Source: Octopus sinensis (lineage: Eukaryota). Taken from it: 64,000 bases of DNA. Shown here piece by piece: positions 39,491 to 53,103 of the stretch; positions within the stretch are counted from its first letter, which is position 1, and the number at the start of each line of letters is the position of its first letter. Under the pieces are notes generated by a model that made no database searches, had not been told where the DNA came from, and was given only the letters and a program-made list of their open reading frames with translations. Made by a program: the position numbers and the translations under genes. The stretch spans positions 19,467,360 to 19,531,359 of the forward strand of contig NC_043019.1 of assembly GCF_006345805.1 (NCBI RefSeq). Direction: 5' to 3'.

Positions 39491-41649
39491 GGAGAGCATA
39501 GAGGGGAAGAGTGGTGAGAGCTGAAAGAAGCGAAAGGCTCGTCAGTGCTCAGGCAGAACATGGAGGCTTAATTAATAGCATTATCGACACATTGAACTGA
39601 CATGACAGATCACATAGCAGTAGACAGACAGACAGACAGACAGACAGCCTCAATAGAAAACGTGAATGGAACAATATCCCCCACCACCACACCACTAAAA
39701 ACAGAAGGGAGAGGAAAAAATTAATAAATAAAACACAGATACAAACAGGGTAATACATGCACAATAGACATATATGCACATACCTGTGATGCATATAAGA
39801 ATAGAGATAGATAAATAAAGAAAAAATATATATTCGTCACAAACCTGTGATAAATATAATAGATAAAAAAATAAAGTAAAAAAAATCTATATAAAGGGCA
39901 TGGATGCAAACAACATAAGAAGTGAACACAATAACTTCAGAGACAGCCACAACAGTATCAACAACATGACTAACAATGACAAACTACCATGATGGCAACA
40001 TTGTGGGCAAACACACAAGCACGGAGAGATACAGGAAGTGTACCAAATGTTCGGGTCTTGGGACAGCAGCAGCACAAGGGGATGAGGAGAGACCATACTG
40101 CTGCTGCTAAGAACACTGACACACACACACACACATGCACAGATAAGGATACACATAGAGGAGCAGGATGGAGTTAGTGGAGCAAAAGTCCACATGAAAA
40201 TGAAAAGTGTTGCTAAAGAGATCACATGTGTGTGACGAAAGATTTCCAGACAATGGACATAAAATAGAATAAGAACAGTAATAAACGTGTGAAGAATATG
40301 TGTGTGTTTATTTGGCAAAAAAACCCCCGACCATTCCGAAATACAACATCTGTTTCAACACACATTTCACATCAGGAATCTTGCAACACAAATTCGTAAA
40401 CATGTATTCATATATATATATATTCATATTCAAATGGGTGTTTTATAAAACTATTCCACACATACAATTACAGCCATACCAACAATCCAACACACCTGGG
40501 CAGTACCATTCAATCCAGTGGTATGAGCAGCACTAAAATAAGTGTTGTTTGGGAACAAACATACCTTAGATATCACCACATTCATTCTTAATTCTAGGAA
40601 GGATTAAACACTAACATTATTAATTAAACTTCAACAAAGAAACACATTTACCCTATGTACAAAAACGGAATCGGTAAAATAATTCTATAAGTAAACCTAG
40701 CCCTTGAAGTCCATACAGATAATATCCCCACCAGTCTTCCATAGTTATTAAGATAAAAGTGAAAGCTTTTACATTCTATTCTTTCGAAACAAACGTGATT
40801 GAACCTAACTAATAATATTTTGAGTGAATTACACCATTTCATAACCTAAAAGTTATTAATTAAAACACTCCACATATATTGAATATTCGTTATCTTTACA
40901 TACTTTAATGTTAAACTTATACCAGTAATTTAATAGATAATACTAAAGTATCCTTATTAAATCAAGAACTAATAAAAGAATACCTGTAATTAACAATTGT
41001 TATTAAGAACCTTGTTATGATTAAAGCTAAATATATATATTTTTTATTACTCTAATTCTATTTAGATACTCTACTTTACCCACATTCACAAACAAAAACA
41101 AAAAAAAAGCAATATTTTACACTCAAATACTTTAAAGAAGACCCCCTATAAATGAGGGTAACTACAAACAAGGGCAACCCTACCAGGACAACCCCTCCAT
41201 ATACATGAATACACATAGCACACAAACTTCACACAACAAAGAAATGTTACAAACTCCACAGAAAGAAGAAACCAGCTCCAACATCCAATTACAAAACACC
41301 CAGAACAAGACCATCCATAAATGCAAAAAATAAAGAAATTCACCAGAGACTAATCCAAGGGGAACAAACTCCAAAAAATGCATCTTCTCTGAACCGTATC
41401 CAAATTGCAGTTTTTTCTGTGGTAAAATACAATTAAGACCTTTAAAAGGTAAGCTTGAAACAACATTCTAACAAACCCATGCAAGTATTCAAATAAGAAA
41501 AATCTTTCACTCTCCCCCTTGAAATACTCCTAAATTTACCGTCCATTACATTTAACACCTCAAACATACCATTCTCATTCATACTTACTTTTGAAGGGTT
41601 TATAACACTTATTTCAAATTACTTTTTAATTCATCTTTATAGTTCATTC

Positions 41650-42900
41650 TTGTGTTCAGATATGGAAGGTTTAATATATGCATTTGTGTATCTGGGTTGG
41701 GTTTTTTGGGTTTTTTCAGGTGTACATGGATTATATCTAGCAAACAAACTGTTGGTGTATTGTGAGTGGAATGTGTGAGTTTTTGATCTGTGTCTACTGA
41801 TGGTTGAACATTTATAGGAGTGCGAGAAAGGGTCTTTTTTCTTTCTTTTCTCTCTTTTTCCTCTTTACTTCTGTCCATTCGTTGCTGCTTTCGGCCAGTG
41901 TTGAATCTACTTAGGTGTCTCTTATAGGACTTTCCCCCTCTTTTGGGCTTCTTTGTTCTAGTTTTAGATGACTTCTCTTTTGCTGGGTTCGGCTTGTTGG
42001 TCAGTGGTACTACGTTGGTAGGTTTATCTTTTTCAATGCCAGTTGGTTCTTCCGTTTGTACTGGTTTGCTGGATGGAGGGTGTGCCTCTGGTTACATGCC
42101 CTGTGTGTACTTAGCTTTTATGTGGCCCTTCTATCCACACCTGAAGCACTTTGGGCTTCTTCCTTCTATGATAACCCTTATTTTTGTCTCATGTGACAAT
42201 ATAATATATATTCTGGAATTTCTTCCAGATCTCTTTGGGTGGCCAGGATTGACAATTCCAAGCCACAACCCTCCCAGTTTTGCAGTTTCATTCTGGAATT
42301 TGAAATGAGACAGGCCCCTATTTTAATTGTGGCAGTTCTTCCAAGCTAAGTTGGAAGCAACACTAGGTTTTCTTTGAGTATTCTTTTGCTTTTTTTTTTG
42401 GAAGCGAACCTCACCTCCACAGTACCAAAACACTTTCCTTTGTTGATATATCCTGCCATTTTGGTTTCAAGCACCTCTTGATGGCATCTCTGGATGCCAT
42501 CTCCATCCTTCTTGATGCCAGTGCCAAAGTTCTATAAATTATAGGCGTCTTCCATGTTACTTTCTGGTAGAGTCAACCTCCTCTTTGAAGTCTCCTTATG
42601 TTCTGCTTTAAGCACTATTTCCTTAAATTCTGGCAAGAAGTGCATTGCTTCACTGGTCTGCCTGACCTTGGCCATGACATTGTTCTCAATATTGTTACTG
42701 ATTGGATCCTTCATTTAGCATGCCAGCCTACCTTCATCGTAACTCTCCAATGCTACCCATTCAGGCGACCTCTCCACAAAGTGGTCTGAAGAATTGTATT
42801 GGCATTTCTTTGGAATTTATGCTTCAAAACAACTGACCCCTTAAAAAGAGGAATAAAATGTTCAACTCTGCCAAAGTTGGCAATGCATCATTTAATGCAG
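41650..42900 (-). mobile_element. Decayed L1/Tx1-like ORF1 (zinc knuckle)
   Basis: Minus strand IPEYIIL...VIIEGRSPKCFRCG*KGHIKAK, a CCHC knuckle. Limits approximate. Confidence 0.55.
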
Positions 42901-43649
42901 AGACAGTTCAAAACAGCAGGCAGTCCCAGAAGGCAAAGCCTACAACAGAGTAACAAAACGGTGCTTGTACTTAACAGCAGAAAAAACATGTCAGAGCAGA
43001 AGGTAGCCATTTTCAAACTGAAATTCTGTGGTTTAGAAGGTTGCTTATATAGCAAAAGATATCTTCTTACCTGTATACAAATAGAAAATAAAAGATAGAA
43101 AAAAATAAAATAAAATATATAAAAAAATAATAAAAGAATACAAAAAGTAAATACAAAGGCATGTGTGAAAAAAGAAGAAAAAATGAAAAGGAAAACGATG
43201 AAAGATAAGAAGACAAAAGGTCTTTGAAAATGGTGATGAGAAGAGGTCAATCAGGTATAAAGAAATGGAACAGTTTTAGGAGTGGTCAAAAACACTGAGT
43301 TAAAAGATGACCTTTGTGAATATTTTGGTTTGAGGTCATTTTATTCCTTTTCCACAGTTGGTGTGACTTTATTTAATCACACACACTCATCCACATTTAC
43401 ACACACATGTATACATACATCCACACCCACACACATATACCTACATGTTTCTATGTGTATACATATGCATAAATATCCATATGCACACATAAAGACACAC
43501 ACACACATGTGTTCACACATAAGAGAGTGTACATCCATACAGACTTATATCCGTATATTTTTGTGTAAATATACATACCTGCACACACATAGATATTTCC
43601 ACACGTATGCAAACATAAGATTGTACAGAAAGGTGGATGTAAGTATCAC

Positions 43650-44130
43650 ATAAAAACCGGATTAGATCTCTTACTCTCATCGCTTCCAGAGAAGGCAGCA
43701 TTGTCAGATTCTCTCAAGCATCGAATGTCAAGTTGTAAAAAAATGTTATTGAAGTAAAAAATGTGTCGTAAAATCAAATGGTGGTGCCCAGGTTGGTGTC
43801 TTTCTGTGGATTGTTGAGATGGTATTTCTGGTGGTTGTGGTATTATTTGTTGATCAGTTTTGGCTGATATTTTGGAATGAAACATTCTTCCTTGGCCTTA
43901 CAAAAATGTTCATTTTCTGTCCACAGTTTGAAGAAGGGGAATATTTTGAATTCTCTTTTTCCACATTTTTCAAAATGTTTGCTACAGGTTGTGTTTCTAA
44001 TGGAAGGGTCATAGATCTATTGTTTGTGTACACCTACCCTCTCATATTCCCCTTTGAAGAAGGGGAATATTTTGAATTCTCTTTTTCCACATTTTTCAAA
44101 ATGTTTGCTACAATGTAGAATTTGGGGCAT
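43650..44130 (-). mobile_element. Penelope GIY-YIG C-terminal fragment with ~58-bp internal duplication
   Basis: CSKHFEKCGKREFKIFPFFKL...KEECFIPKYQPKLIN. Duplicated segment at 43927-43987 and 44054-44112. Confidence 0.6.
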
Positions 44131-44235
44131 AGGGCACAGTAGATTAGATTCCTGGATTTGATGTGTGTGTATGCCAAAGGAAATTTGTTTTTGTTCCATA
44201 CCTGTCTTCCTTTAATTTGATGCTCTGTTATTTGT

Positions 44236-45734
44236 TAACATGAAGAGAAAGCAGAATTCATATGATATCACCTTCAAGCTGAAAGTTGTTGAATACACAA
44301 AGTCATATTGAAATCAAGAAAGAGAATTTGGGGTCTCACAAAAAATGGTCAGGGATTGGTGTTTGAAAGAAGAGAAAATGAAATCCGTTGACATCAGATC
44401 ATTGAAGAAAATTAGGATAAGAATGAGTCCCAGTGAGGAGATGGAAACTATTTGGAGAGACTGGGTGACTGGACTTGTCATAAGAAACATCATTCGATTG
44501 TGGACTTTCCAAGTGACAAAAGAACATGGTATATCCGACTGTAAAGCATTTCCTGGCTGGTGTGCAAGGTTTATGAAACACCACAATCTTACGCTGAGTC
44601 AGAGGACTCGTATTGCACAGAAATTACCACCTACATAGACAGCAAAGGTGATTCCTTCCATTGATATGTGATGGACCTACAAAGGAGCCTTGGAAGCAAT
44701 TGATAATATGGATGAGATCCCTCTTTTTTCAATATGGAACTCGGACAGTCAATGTTAAAGGGAGAAACATAATTTTGGTAAAAACTACGGAGAGTGACAC
44801 AATGCCCACTTCACTGCAATTTTGGCTTGTATGGCTGACGGTACGAAACTTACTCTGGTTGTTGTTTTCAAAAGAAAGACTTTCCTGAAAGAGAAGTTTC
44901 CAAAGTGCAAAGGAGAAAGGGTGAGTGAATGAAACCATATTGATGAACTGGTTAAATGCCGTGTGTACAAGTTGTTCTTGTATGGGATATATTCAGGACT
45001 CAACTGATCAACAGCATAAGAAATAGATTAAAGGGGTGTCATAGCTACCAAGCTGTGATTCCAGGTGTACGTATGTAGTTCTGTGCTTCAGCCACTCAAC
45101 GTGTCAGTGAACAAGCCTTTTAAGGTGAACAGGCATGCCTAAAGGCTGGGAATTTTTAACACCTTGACCTTAAGACTGTTTGTCAGTGGCTGAAACACCA
45201 AGTGAACCTGTGATGAAACCATTTTTGAACTGCAGGATCTCAAATTTCATGGATGGTATGGAAGACAATGAGCGATGTAATGAAGTTGTCTGTGCAGCAA
45301 ATGTTAGGCCCAGTGCCTCATCAGTTAATGAAGATCAGACAAGTGAAAACGAGGATCAGGCTGTATATGATGAGACCACCACAACTGAGGAGTTTTACCA
45401 GTTATTTGCTGAAAGTGATGATTAGTATAACTTGATTCTCCGTTTCTTTTGATTTTTGTCACAATCTTTCACACAATTCCTTACAATTTAAAACAGTTTA
45501 TTGAATTTTTTTCCCAATCATAGCACATATGAATGACTGCTTGGTTTTGTGTGTCAATTGCTGCAAAAGTGTCCTAATAATGAGAAGCATAAATCAAAAA
45601 GTAATGGGAAAGTGTCGAAGCAATTAAGTCTGAATACGGTAAACAAATCAACCAGCGTTATCAAGGATAAACTTTTTACATTATAAACAATGGTTTAAGT
45701 TGCGAGTGTGTCTTATACTTTCAAGTATATACAG
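44236..45734 (+). mobile_element. pogo/Tigger-like DNA transposon remnant
   Basis: YDITFKLKVVEY, GWCARFMKHHNLTL.QRTRIAQKLP, NMDEIPLF and LQPLNVSVNKPFK motifs. Confidence 0.85.
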
Positions 45735-45867
45735 TGGTAATTCCAAGTACTCTTCACTGGATGGTAAATTGTCTGGTGTATCCATTAATATTAATAATGA
45801 GAAGAAGAGTATGGAGACTTGTACATCCATGAAATTTATTTTATGGTTACATACAACATATTACAAT

Positions 45868-45952
45868 GACCTACACGTGTTTCCGCTGCTGCAGTTCCCT
45901 CACTATTGCAAATGCGACCTTGCAATATTGTCAGTGCAGTTTCATCAGGGTC
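45868..45952 (-). ncRNA. Type-I hammerhead motif with long stem II
   Basis: Minus strand reads gacc CTGATGA ...tattgcaa/ttgcaata... GAAA cacgt GTA ggtc. Confidence 0.65.
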
Positions 45953-46295
45953 CATCCATTTGGTCTTTCTCGAAGTGGTTAGAAAGAAAGTCTTTGTTTA
46001 TAGTTTATATTTAGTAAATATTTTCACCATGGAATACCGGTAATACTGTGGACTAAATTTTTAACTTTGTCTTTGAACCTAGTTTATTTGAATGTGGTAT
46101 TCAATATTTACGAAGATAAGTTTCTAGATTACTGATGAAATAGTCATAAATTCAAACCTTGATCATGAGTTCAAATTTGATCGGGTTACATGGTTAACAA
46201 CAGGTAGAATTACTAAATTGTAATACTAATTATTCCAAAAACCATAAAAAATAAACTTTTGTCTTTGATTTAATGATATCTTTGTTTTATTTTAG

Positions 46296-47195
46296 GTTAC
46301 TCTGATATTGTTAATGCACTTCTGAAACTTTATGAGTCTGACAAAGAGAAGTACAGTTGTTTAGATTCATGTTTCATTGAGAAAAATGGCAAATATCAAC
46401 CATGTGAAGAGTTTCTGAACAATTCTGTTACATCAACATTAATTGAACAATTGAAAGCTCTGAATTTATTGCCAGATATTTTACCAACAACAGAAAAAGT
46501 CAAGAAGCAAAAGTGTCAAAAGAAAAATTCCAAAATTTCAAATTCTAAACCAGAGGCTTTTGAAGAAATAACGAAAAGTCATTCAGTTAACTGTCAGCCT
46601 GAAATTTCAGAGATTGAAACACAGTCAAAGAAGGCAAAAAATCAGGAAAGCAATTCTTTGAAATCTGTTCCAGAAAGTTTGGAAAGTGAAATGAAGGCTA
46701 AAATAGAATCTTTAACTGAATATAAATTTGAAGAAATGAATTCATCTAACACGATAATCAAAGAGAGAAGAGAAACTGTTTCTGAAAGAATTACAGAGCA
46801 AGATATAAAAGTTGACATATGTATGGATTTCAATGCAGATGTAATTAAAGACTGTGAACAGACAGACTCTGAGAAGGATGATGATGATGACGAAGATGAT
46901 GCTGATGATGATGATGACAACAATAAAAATGAAGATTTGTTCAAAGAAAATTTATTTGAAAATTTGAATTGGAAAGTCATATGTACACAAGATGTTTGGA
47001 ATACTTTAAAGAGCAGAGACTTAACAGATAAAACACGCAGACAAACTGTTTTAGCCATCAAAAAGTTAGCTTCTGGCTACAAGAGTAGATGTGTGAGGAA
47101 ACTGAAAGATATTCCCAACAGTCTAAAACTGTACACATTTCACCTGTCACATAATTCACGCATCATTTGGCAATTGACTATTAATTATCTGCCAG
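46296..47195 (+). CDS. TRANK1: TRANK1-like exon: last ankyrin-like segment, acidic linker, start of RelE-like segment
   Basis: Acceptor ttttattttag| and donor CCAG|gtagga, phase 1-1, open for 900 nt. WKVICT...LAIKKLASG...RIIWQL resembles, from memory, the human TRANK1 WEIECT...LAIQQLGNG...RMLWEL region. Confidence 0.85.
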
Positions 47196-47949
47196 GTAGG
47201 AAGATTTACCTGTTTGCATGTTTTTTAAAATTTCTTTTTGATTTATTTTTAATTATTAACTCATAAAAGTGGCTGAAATTTCAAAATGTTCAGCCAGTGA
47301 CCATCAGTTGAATTGAAATTCTTTTCTGACCATAGTGTTAGTACTTGGAGTTAACTTAAAATATTCTACATGGGAAATGAAATAGCAGGTGGTCGGCTGG
47401 TCATCTCCGTCAAATATTTGGTTGGCAGATAAATTCATTTTTGTTTTTGTTTTTTGGCATGCCATTTTCATACATCTGAAAAGAGTTAGAATTTATTCAG
47501 ATTTCGAAAATGATAAACAAAGGTTGTAGAAGAAGAATAAAATCACAAAAACACCATGATAGAAATATTTAATTCAAATAACATTGGAAAGGTTTAAAAT
47601 AAAATAAAAAAGAAAGCAAAACAAAAAATTTCTCTGAAAACCTGATTGTAGTTGTTGTTGTTGTTGAGGTTCAGATCACCTTTATTTGACGTCCAGTTTT
47701 CCATCCCTTCATGGGTCAGATGTGGTTTATTGAAGCAGATTTACAACAACCAGATGCCTTTCCTGTTAGCAACCTGTTTCCATGCAGGGTAATATTACTC
47801 CATGGCCAGATGTGTGTTTTCACAGAATATTGGAAAGTTGATCTTGGTAGAATTTGAATTCAGAATGCAAAGAGTCACAGGAAATGCCACTAAGCATTTT
47901 GTCTGCTAACAATTCTACCATCTTGCCACCTCTACTGAATGGAATCTGT

Positions 47950-49640
47950 CAACTGCTTCTCAGGGAGCATCTGAGAAATTGAAAGAATAGACTTTGTTAT
48001 TATCACAGGTCTTCTCCAGGTAACAATTGTTAGTTATTGTGGATAATTTTTCGTTCAGAACTTTTTCCTGCAGTTGTTTTGCTACTAGAAAGAAGGCATT
48101 GGTTGGAGTCTGATCTGCTACAAACACAAACTGCATCTTAATCTCAGTTAGTACTTCTTTTAATGAATGTTTCTATCACCTTGGCAGTTTCTTTCATAAT
48201 TTTATCCATCAGCTTCATATATCTCTGCAGTTGCTTCTTTTCAGAGTATTTGCTTCTATTTTGTGGCAACTGATGTTCCTGCCGGGCATTGGCTATGACA
48301 GTTCCTTGGACATCCTGTCTGACTATGTGAATAATGTCATTACCTACTTCAGCATTTCATTCATTATCCATGAGGGTCCAGCCACTTCCCTTTTATTCAT
48401 CCACCTTCTCCCTCCGAAGCTTGCTAATGGTAAACTCCTCAGGCACTTACTCTATATGGTTTTGTTTGAAGCAACCATCATTACACTTTCTGGCTGGATT
48501 CTTTGCACAACCAACCGAGACTACGGATTACAGTTATCTCATTGTTGGTCTACCTTTACACCTGCATCTTCTGACCATTGTCTCAGCTTAAAGAATCTCT
48601 CCTATAATTCTTTTCTGGAGCATTTTAATCCCTGGGGTATACAAACAGTTGCTTGACCTGGAGAGACTCACTTATCTCCAAGCTGCAAACCCTGTCAAGT
48701 AATGTTCCTTCAATAATCCTTCAGAAGAATCCCCATTTTCGCCACTTGTATTTACACTTGTGCTTCATATCCTCAGATATTCTTTGATTGTTTAGCTATC
48801 AACGTCCAGCATATGGTCGTCTCTTTCAGCTCTTTTCAGAAGTCTCTCTCTTTCTCCCATGCATTCTTCTTGCTCAAAAGCTCTTAACATACATCTCCAA
48901 GCATCTTTCTTCTCAGCATCAGTGGTTGCAAATGTATCTTTCTGTATAAATTTTTCACCAATGATAATCCTGACTCATCCTGACTGTTTTGTAATCCAAA
49001 GCACCTCACACTTTCAATTCTCTCATTGCACAATATTAACAAACCCTTTACTTTTCTCTCCTCTCTTTACTATATACACCTGACACTTTGCTTGTTTTTT
49101 ACCTTCATGATGTTGTTGTTTTCTCTCCATTTTCATCCCTATTTCCCAAATCTTCCTCTTAGGTATTACAACACTCTGTATTCTAGAGCTTTTTACCATC
49201 CTGTTATCTGCTATCTGGCTGGAACCTTGCTCCATCCACAGATTTGGTCAACAATTCCAAACAGGTTATTGCATAACAACTCTCAGTTACCTGCAATGCC
49301 ACATGTCTCTGTGTCCTCCTTGCCATACACGTCACCTTCTATTTCTGTAAACCTGTTTCCAGTAAAGGGATCTTCCAACTTCTATACCTTCTATCTTTGT
49401 CTTTCTGAGTCTGTAGAGCTCTTATTCAGAAGTCACATGACCACTAATTAGTGTTTTTCATTTCAAGTTCCTACATGATAACATCCCCACATCCATTCCT
49501 TCACTGTGGCTTCTGGAGTCTACATCAACACCAGAATTTCATTCAGAGTTTCTACTTTCCTGTTCAGTATTTCCTTCATGCAAAATGGAATTCAGAGTGA
49601 CTCTGCTCTTTGTCACTCATCTTACTCTGTTATGCTGCTA
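47950..49640 (-). mobile_element. Old RTE-like LINE fragment
   Basis: Heavily decayed coding-like segment (DQICGWSKVPAR) resembling the RTE EN-RT linker. Limits approximate. Confidence 0.45.
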
Positions 49641-50011
49641 AGGCTACTCATAATGTGGTGCTAGGAAGTGGGGCATGTTTTATCCATCTATCAGTTTGTC
49701 TGTCTATTTGTATATCAATCTATTTATATATCAGTCTTAGAGTATATGCATGTGTGTGTGTGTGTGTGTGTGTATGTCTATATATTTTTGTATGCATGCG
49801 TGTGTCTGTAAACCATAAAATGTCAAGAGGTATGTGAGGTGAATTACAGTTGTTTTGCAATCTTCTGGTATTGGATTACTTTGTGGTCAGTTAGCTGAGT
49901 CTGCTAGAAGAGCTTTATGTCTTAGCCACATGATTCTATGAATTTATACGTATATATATGTATTTATATCTATATATTATCTCTTGTTTTTTTTTTGTTT
50001 TGTTTTTTTAG

Positions 50012-50590
50012 AACTGGAACAATATTCAGAGGTGCTTTGTATCTGGAAAGTGGTTTTTAATTTAAACAAGTTCAGATCCATTATAGACAATATTGTGAGA
50101 TGTTACAAGGCTAGTTTACCCTGTTGTCAGTATTTAAAACCTGTACTCTCTACCCAGAGTCTGTCTGGTGTATTGTCACCACGTGTCTTTGACAAGTGTG
50201 ACGACAATAAAGGCAACGACATCTGTCACTCATATCTTTCTATTAACAGTGAAAGTGAAGTGAATATTATGAAATTCTACCGTTTTACCTCTTCATTGGT
50301 AAGATATATATTTCAGGAGAGTACGTTGAATGCTTCTTTCCCGTTTGAAGTAAAAGAAGCGGAATCTAACATCATAGTCGACAACAGTAAAGAAGCCATC
50401 ATTGTGTTGGGCCGAAGTGGTACTGGCAAAACCACTTGCTGTCTTTACCGACTCTGGGACCATTATATCACCTATTGGAAACAGGCTAACATCTCTGGGA
50501 GCCCATTGTTTCAGAAACTTGTGACTAACTCATTGGATCACATCAGAGATAACAAAGTGCTAGGAGGACACCTGCAAGAACAATCAGATG
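50012..50590 (+). CDS. TRANK1: TRANK1-like exon with helicase Walker A
   Basis: Acceptor ttttttag| and donor GATG|gtgaga, phase 1-1. Contains IIVLGRSGTGKTTCCLYRLW (P-loop) preceded by FPFEV. Confidence 0.92.
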
Positions 50591-50950
50591 GTGAGACTCT
50601 TTCATTTGGTTATTCTTCATTTTATTAAAATCAGTTTTGAATTCATTTGTGGCTGAGAAAGAAGCTCATGGATTCAGGCTCAGTCCCACTGTGTGGCACC
50701 TCGGGTAAGTGTCTTCTACTATAGCCCTGGGCCTCATGTGGTAGACATCAGTGCTTGTAGCTTGGTGAGAATTGATCAGTTCTTATTGAGCATTACCTTT
50801 TACTTTTTTGCTTACTGAGGCCATGCTGGAGCACTACATTGAAGGGCTTAATGAAACAAATCATCCCCACTGCTTATTTTTAAGTCTGGTAGTACTTATT
50901 CTGTTGGTCTCTTTTGCTGAGCCAATAGATTAAAGGAATGTAAACAAACC

Positions 50951-51129
50951 GTGGAACAAGCTGCCAGACGAGATGGTAAAGATGCCGACGACCGCTTTGT
51001 TCAAAGCCTCCCTGGACCTCAAGTGGCCTGAACTCTTTACATGAACACCACCCTGTACTTAACTCCATTTCCCCCTACATGGCCTTGCTATTTGCTTTTG
51101 AGCCAAATTAGCTAACTAACTAACTAACT
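50951..51129 (+). mobile_element. CR1/L2 3' end inserted in a SINE
   Basis: WNKLPDEMV...FKASLD, (CTAA)n tail, flanked by a direct repeat aaacc. Confidence 0.7.
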
Positions 51130-52013
51130 AAACCAACACTGGTTATCAAACAGTAGTGGGGGTTAAACACAAATACAAAGACACACATGCATATACCTAT
51201 ATATGATGAGCTTCTACACGGTTTCCGTCTACAAAATTTTCTTGCAAGGCATTGGTTGGCCCAGGGCTATAGTAGAAGGTGCCACACAGTGGGACTGAAC
51301 CTGAAACCATGAGCTTCTCAGCCACAGTTATGTCTACTTGCATGTCCATTCTCTTATTTAAGCAATCTCTACCTGGTGTGCAGTTGTTAGTGCTGCACAG
51401 TGGTGATAAGTTAAGTTCTTGTTGAGCTCAGCCAGCAGAACCAATCCAGTCTCTTGCTGCAACTGAGATGATGCTCGATTCCTTTGAAGTTTTGCTGCAG
51501 TGAATATTCTGGAGGAGAGACAGGCTGCACCAAATAAATTTTCATGTGTGCACACACAGCACATGCACAGTGTCATTATCTCTAAATTCACACAGTTTCA
51601 CTCTAAGAAAACATTTCATTTTATCAACTTATAATTCCAATTTCCAGTCGTAGAAGGAAAAATATGCCTTTTCTTGTCTGTAACTTTTGTGGATCTTTGT
51701 AAAAATGCAAATTTCTTTAGTTTCTCTCTGAAATATCCAGTGTTTGGTTCTGGCTTCTACACATCAGACGAATACTATTTCTTTCACTGATTTGTTAGAT
51801 ATGATGCTAATCTATCAATGATAGGATTTCAAGATGGTCTAATAATTAGCATGACAGTGAGTTGAACTCAGTCTTCTGCTATAGAGAAGAGTTTATGCAC
51901 ACACACACACATATATATACATAATAAATAAATAATATCAGGGTAATAAAAATTATAGAAATTTTTACTACCAGTAGTCTAGCGCAAAAAATTTAGATAA
52001 TAGACTAGATATT

Positions 52014-52209
52014 ATTCATATAAAATACTGTGTACATTAAAACACATTAAGAGGCTTCCAACATAGGAATGCCTTACGCTAGAAAGAACAGTTAAAGTCC
52101 AGAATTTATCCCTAATTTGTGGCTTGGACTTTAACTGTTCTTTCTAGCGCAAGGCATTCCTATGATGGAAGCCTCTTAATGTGTTTTAATGTATATGGTA
52201 TTTTATATG

Positions 52210-52212
<3 letters not shown>
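52014..52212. repeat. Long inverted repeat (88-bp arms, 23-nt loop)
   Basis: 52014-52101 is the reverse complement of 52125-52212 with few mismatches. Confidence 0.9.
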
Positions 52213-52254
<42 letters not shown>

Positions 52255-53103
52255 ATGTGTGTGCACCATGCATATTGAAGTCTTTTCAATGTTGATGGAG
52301 ACTACTTGTTGTTGCCTGATTGGATTGAGCAATACTTATGATAAAAATGATTCCAGTTGTGACCTTCACACCATATGATTTCATAGATTGTATACCCTGG
52401 GCTAAATTAACCAACCAATATTCCATTTTTTTTTAAGATGGCACATTTTGGTTCTAGAGAAGTTTTGGCTGCTAGTTCTAATAGGTTGACTTCCCATGTA
52501 GAAGCTCCCTCATTGGCTCATGGGATTGCCTAGTTATGTAAGGAAGTGAGTACAACAGAATTTTCAGGCAAAGCTAGTTTGTGATAAACTGGCATCTGAT
52601 CCACTGAATGACTTATCTCTCATTTTATTTTATGGCAGCCAGAGTTGAATATGAGGCCAAAAGATGGTTGTGGTCTTTTTAGTATATTTTAATCATTAAA
52701 CTGCAGTTATGCTGGGGCATCACCTTCAAGGGTCTTAATCGAACAAACTGACCCCAGTGATTCTTTTTTTTTTTTCTGTCTGGTACTTATTCTATTGGTC
52801 TCTTTTTCCAACTTGCTAAGTAATGAGGATGTCAACAAACCAACACTGGTTATCAAGTGACAGTTGAAGACACACACATACAGTTCCCTCTACCTAGGTC
52901 ACTCAATTCACTCACAAAACAGTGGTTGGCCCGGAGCCAAAGCAGAAGACGCTTGCCCAAGGTGCTGTGTAGTTAGATTGAACCTGGAACCAAGCGGTTA
53001 CAAAATGAGCTTCTTAACCACACAAACATATCTGTTAAAAAATTTTTTTTTTCTTTTTGCAAAAGAACTGTAACAATTCTGCTTTTATTTCCTCTTCTAT
53101 CAG

